In this document: piece after piece, positions 60,096 through 64,000 of the stretch | How the letters are laid out: the number at the start of each line of letters is the position of its first letter | Position numbering within the stretch: position 1 is the first letter of the stretch | NCBI GenBank assembly: GCA_964203275.1 | Contig: CAXNMF010000004.1 | Span: 226,748 to 290,747, forward strand | Source: Burkholderiales bacterium | GTDB lineage: Bacteria; Pseudomonadota; Gammaproteobacteria; Burkholderiales; SG8-41 | Direction of reading: 5' to 3' | Length of the DNA: 64,000 nt | Position numbers and translations under genes: made by a program | Notes under the pieces: generated by a model | Databases searched by the model: none | Told to the model about the DNA's origin: nothing | What the model saw: only the letters and a program-made list of their open reading frames with translations

Positions 60096-62906
60096 TTAAA
60101 CCTTGGCCAGTTTCGCCAGCACCTGCCCGCCACCGTAACTGGAACGCGGCGTCAGTTCACCGCCTTTCATGACCTTCACCGCGCAATACTTGAACTCGGG
60201 AATCTTGCCGAAGGGGTCAAGCGCAGCGTTGGTCAGCATATTGGCCGCCGCCTCGTAGAACGCAAACGGAATGAACACTGCACCGCGCGGAGTGCCGTCG
60301 TCGGCACGTGCATGCAGCGAAATGATGCCGCGGCGTGATGCGACAGTAATCACATCGCCGCCCTTTGCACCCATGGCATCGAGATCCAGCGGATGCATCG
60401 ATACGGTGGGTTCCGGCTCGATTGCATCGAGCACGCCGGCACGGCGGGTCATCGACCCGGTATGCCAGTGCTCCAGTTGCCGCCCGGTGATCAGCACAAA
60501 CGGGAATTCGTGGTCGGGTCGCTCGTGGGCCGGAATAATGTCGGCCGGCACAAACTTCGCACGCCCCGTCGGCGTCGGAAATTTATCAATAAATACAATA
60601 GGTTGCCCGGGGTCACCCTCATTGAGGCAAGGGTAGGTCACGCTGCTCTCGGCTTCCAGACGCTCCCAAGTGATGCCGGCAATCGAGTTCATTGCGAGTC
60701 GCATCTCGTTGAACACGTCCTTCGGACCGCTGTAATTCCAGTTCAGCCCCAGACGACGTCCCAGTTCCTGGATGATCCACAGATCCGGCTTGGCTTCGCC
60801 CGGTGCATCGACCGCCTTGCGGCCCAGTTGCACCATGCGATCGGTGTTGGTCACCGTGCCGTCTTTTTCAGGCCATACGGTCGCCGGCAGAATCACGTCG
60901 GCGTGATAACAGGTTTCGGTCAGGAAGATTTCCTGCACCACCAGCCAGTCGAGCTTGGCGAGTGCTTCGCGCGCGTGGTTGGCATCCGGATCGGACATCG
61001 CCGGATTTTCGCCCATCACATACATACCGCGGATGTCGCCATCGAGAATCGCATGGACGATTTCAACCACGGTCAGGCCCGGCTTCGGGTCGAGCTTGGT
61101 ACCCCAGAGTTTTTCGAAACGCGCCAGCGCTTCAGGATTATCAACACGCTGATAATCAGGGAACACCATCGGGATCAGCCCCGAGTCGGATGCGCCCTGC
61201 ACGTTGTTCTGACCGCGCAGCGGATGCAGTCCCGAGCCCGGCTTGCCGATCTGGCCGGTCATCAGGCACAACGCGATCAGGCAGCGTGCGTTGTCGGTGC
61301 CGTGGATATGCTGCGAAATGCCCATGCCCCACAGAATCATCGAGGCCCTCGAAGTCGCATACAGCCGCGCCACGTCCTTGATGGTTTCCGCCGGGATGCC
61401 GCACAAGGGCGCCATCGCTTCCGGGCTGTAACCTTCGACGTTCTTCTTCAGATCTTCATAGCCGATGGTGCGTGACTTGATGAAGTCCTCGTCGACAAGG
61501 CCTTCATGCACGATGACATGCATCATCGCATTGAGCAGCGCAACGTCGGTATCCGGCTTGAACTGCAGCGAATGGGTGGCGTGACGCGACAACTCGTTGC
61601 GCCGCGGATCGGCATAGACCAGCTTCGCACCGTTTTTCACCGCATTCTTGATCCAGGTCGCCGCCACCGGGTGGTTGGACAAGGGGTTCGCGCCGATCAG
61701 GAAAATCACTTCGGCATGCGCCACATCATTGACCTGGTTCGAGACCGCGCCTGAACTGACAGCTTCCATCAGCGCCGCCACGCTAGAGGCATGGCAAAGA
61801 CGGGTGCAATGGTCGACGTTGTTGGAACCGAAACCGGTACGCACCAGTTTCTGGAACAGATAGGCTTCTTCGTTACTGCCCTTGGCCGAACCGAATCCGG
61901 CCAACGCCTTGTTGCCGTACTGGTCGCGGATGCCTTTCAGTTTGCTCGCAGCAAGATCAAGCGCTTCTTCCCAGCTCGCTTCACGGAAATGCTCCAGCGG
62001 ATTCGCCGGATCCATCGTGAAATCAGCATGCTTCGGCACACCGGGCTTGCGGATCAGCGGCTTGGTCAGACGCTGCGGATGGTGGGCGTAATCAAAACCG
62101 TAACGGCCCTTGACGCACAGCCGGCCGTGATTCGACGGACCGTCGCGGCCATCGACCGACATGATCTTGTTGTCCTTGACGTTGTAGGTCAGCTGGCAGC
62201 CGACGCCGCAATACGGGCACACCGAGTGAACCTGCTTGTCGGGTTTGACCAGTCCCGCCTCGCGCGCCGGCATCAGTGCACCGGTCGGACAGGCCTGCAC
62301 GCATTCGCCGCAGGCCACGCAAGTCGACTCACCCATCGGATCATTGAGATCAAAAACGATCTTCGAATGATCGCCGCGGAAAGCGTAGCCGATGACGTCA
62401 TTGACCTGCTCTTCGCGGCAGGCGCGCACGCAGCGCGTACACTGAATACAGGAGTCGAGATTGACCGCAATGCCGTGATGCGACAGGTCGGCCTTCGGCT
62501 GGTGGCGCGGCGCGAAACGCGGCTTGCCCACCTGCAATTTGCCGGCCCAGAGGTCCAGCTCGGAATTGTTGGTGTGACGCTCTTCAGGCATATCCGAGAG
62601 CAGCAACTCCATCACCATTTTCTGCGACGCAACAGCGCGCGTGCTGTTGGTGGTGACTTCCATGCCGGGCGAGGGATTGCGGCAACACGACGCCGCCAGC
62701 ACGCGCTCGCCCTTGACCTCGACCACGCAGGCCCGGCAGTTACCGTCGGGGCGCATGCCTTCCTTGTAGCAAAGATGCGGAATCTCGACACCGTGGCGCT
62801 TCGCGGTCTGGATGATGGTTTCCGACGCGTAGCCGACGACATCCTTGCCGTTCAGTTTGAACTCGACCGGCATCGCCGCGAGTTCGTCTTTGCTCATTGC
62901 AGTCAT
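60096..62906 (-). CDS. fdsA: NAD-dependent formate dehydrogenase alpha subunit (NuoG-like N-terminus + Mo/W-bisPGD domain)
   Basis: 936 aa. It has an N-terminal 2Fe-2S/4Fe-4S region (CYKEGMRPDGNCRACVVEV...CIQCTRCVRAC...CVACGECVQACP) followed by the molybdopterin oxidoreductase domains. The frame is uninterrupted, so the active site carries Cys rather than Sec. Confidence 0.9.
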   Translation of the reverse strand: MTAMSKDELAAMPVEFKLNGKDVVGYASETIIQTAKRHGVEIPHLCYKEGMRPDGNCRACVVEVKGERVLAASCCRNPSPGMEVTTNSTRAVASQKMVMELLLSDMPEERHTNNSELDLWAGKLQVGKPRFAPRHQPKADLSHHGIAVNLDSCIQCTRCVRACREEQVNDVIGYAFRGDHSKIVFDLNDPMGESTCVACGECVQACPTGALMPAREAGLVKPDKQVHSVCPYCGVGCQLTYNVKDNKIMSVDGRDGPSNHGRLCVKGRYGFDYAHHPQRLTKPLIRKPGVPKHADFTMDPANPLEHFREASWEEALDLAASKLKGIRDQYGNKALAGFGSAKGSNEEAYLFQKLVRTGFGSNNVDHCTRLCHASSVAALMEAVSSGAVSNQVNDVAHAEVIFLIGANPLSNHPVAATWIKNAVKNGAKLVYADPRRNELSRHATHSLQFKPDTDVALLNAMMHVIVHEGLVDEDFIKSRTIGYEDLKKNVEGYSPEAMAPLCGIPAETIKDVARLYATSRASMILWGMGISQHIHGTDNARCLIALCLMTGQIGKPGSGLHPLRGQNNVQGASDSGLIPMVFPDYQRVDNPEALARFEKLWGTKLDPKPGLTVVEIVHAILDGDIRGMYVMGENPAMSDPDANHAREALAKLDWLVVQEIFLTETCYHADVILPATVWPEKDGTVTNTDRMVQLGRKAVDAPGEAKPDLWIIQELGRRLGLNWNYSGPKDVFNEMRLAMNSIAGITWERLEAESSVTYPCLNEGDPGQPIVFIDKFPTPTGRAKFVPADIIPAHERPDHEFPFVLITGRQLEHWHTGSMTRRAGVLDAIEPEPTVSMHPLDLDAMGAKGGDVITVASRRGIISLHARADDGTPRGAVFIPFAFYEAAANMLTNAALDPFGKIPEFKYCAVKVMKGGELTPRSSYGGGQVLAKLAKV

Positions 62907-62949
62907 GACATGACCTCCGGTAAGACGCGGCGCAGTTGCGCCGGCATCC

Positions 62950-64000
62950 CTACTCGACTTCCTTGGGGAAATACTTCATCACGGTACGGATCGGGTTCGG
63001 CGCCGCCTGACCCAGACCGCAGATCGACGCATCAGCCATCGCGCCCGACAACTCTTCAAGCAGTCCGCGGTTCCATTTCGGCGCTTCCATCAGCTGCAGC
63101 GCTTTTGCGGTGCCAACACGGCAGGGCGTGCACTGGCCGCAGGATTCTTCCGAGAAAAACTTCATCACGTTGCGCGCTGCGCCGCGTGCCTTGTCCTTGT
63201 CGGAGAAAATAATCACCGCAGCAGAACCGATGAAACAGCCGTATTGATTGAGCGTATCGAAATCCAGCGGAATGTCGCCCATGGATTCCGGCAGGATGCC
63301 GCCCGACGCGCCACCCGGCAGATAGCCGTAGAACTGATGGCCCGGTAGCATGCCGCCGCAATATTCAGCAATCAGTTCTTTCACCGTGACACCCGCCGGC
63401 GCCAGATGCACGCCGGGTTTCTTCACGCGGCCTGACACCGAGAACGAGCGCAGGCCTTTACGACCGTTGCGGCCATGGCCGGCAAACCAGTCAGCGCCCT
63501 TTTCCAGGATGTCGCGCACCCAATACAGGGTTTCCATGTTGTGCTCGAGCGTCGGGTAACCGAACAGGCCGACCTGCGCCACATAGGGCGGACGCAGCCG
63601 CGGCATGCCGCGCTTGCCTTCGATCGATTCGATCATCGCCGACTCTTCACCGCAGATGTAGGCGCCTGCACCGCGGCGCAGGAATATCGGCGGCAACGGG
63701 CAGGGCGGATTCGCCTGCAGCGCCTTGATCTCTTTTTCGAGGATCGCCCGCACGCCGGCGTATTCGTCGCGCAGATAGATGTAAACCTCGGAAATCTGTA
63801 CCGTCCACGCGGCAATGATCATGCCTTCGAGGAAACGATGCGGATCACGCTCGAGATAGTGCCGGTCCTTGAACGTCCCCGGCTCACCTTCGTCGATATT
63901 GATCGCCATCACCCGCGGCCCTTTTTCGCCGCGCACGATGCGCCACTTGCGACCCGACGGGAAACCCGCGCCGCCCAGACCGCGCAGCCCCGAGCTCTCC
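62950..64000 (-). CDS. fdsB: formate dehydrogenase beta subunit (NuoF-like, NAD/FMN-binding), 5' end beyond window
   Basis: ...LRGLGGAGFPSGRKWRIVRGEKGPRVMAINIDEGEPGTFKDR...ESCGQCTPCRVGT... I checked that the frame is open to position 64000. The ORF-track start at 63936 is an internal GTG. Confidence 0.85.
   Translation of the reverse strand, partial: ESSGLRGLGGAGFPSGRKWRIVRGEKGPRVMAINIDEGEPGTFKDRHYLERDPHRFLEGMIIAAWTVQISEVYIYLRDEYAGVRAILEKEIKALQANPPCPLPPIFLRRGAGAYICGEESAMIESIEGKRGMPRLRPPYVAQVGLFGYPTLEHNMETLYWVRDILEKGADWFAGHGRNGRKGLRSFSVSGRVKKPGVHLAPAGVTVKELIAEYCGGMLPGHQFYGYLPGGASGGILPESMGDIPLDFDTLNQYGCFIGSAAVIIFSDKDKARGAARNVMKFFSEESCGQCTPCRVGTAKALQLMEAPKWNRGLLEELSGAMADASICGLGQAAPNPIRTVMKYFPKEVE

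Overview
GC-rich chromosomal segment with betaproteobacterial gene content and order (rppH/proS, leuA-pssA-psd-ilvCHI, lptFG/pepA-holC-valS). All calls come from reading the translations by eye; no database search was run. About 55 protein-coding genes are supported. No tRNA, rRNA, CRISPR array, transposase or integrase was seen. 1-24 kb is housekeeping: rubrerythrin with an HdrD-like Fe-S protein, proS, leuA, phospholipid and branched-chain amino acid genes, an ECF sigma/DUF3619/DUF3106/RDD module, lptFG, pepA, holC and valS. 24-35 kb holds small membrane, FecR and TusA genes, a Ser/Thr kinase fused to a cNMP-binding domain, a BepA-like protease, moaC, and a more AT-rich type IV pilin locus (TPR-glycosyltransferase, sigma54-driven pilA, strong terminator, O-antigen-ligase/PglL-like gene). 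35-46.6 kb is the most unusual part. It is a seven-gene same-strand signalling operon: CHASE2-Ser/Thr kinase, PP2C, double-FHA protein, CHASE2-nucleotidyl cyclase, class-II cNMP phosphodiesterase, GAF-GspE/PilB-type ATPase and GAF-HD-GYP, with no secretion or pilus machinery beside the ATPase. 47-64 kb is an oxalate/formate module: formyltransferase-like gene, frc, a Crp/Fnr-family regulator, oxc, tctCBA, uspA, terC, an IT-superfamily transporter, fhs and fdsAB. Three TTGA-N6-TCAA palindromes lie upstream of frc/regulator, oxc and tctC. A second notable signal is 14 reading-frame disruptions plus one in-frame TGA in otherwise well-conserved genes. Most are single-base insertions, and 13 of the 14 fall between 37.5 and 48.8 kb. 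This is either local assembly error or genuine decay of the signalling and oxalate genes, and I cannot tell which from sequence alone.
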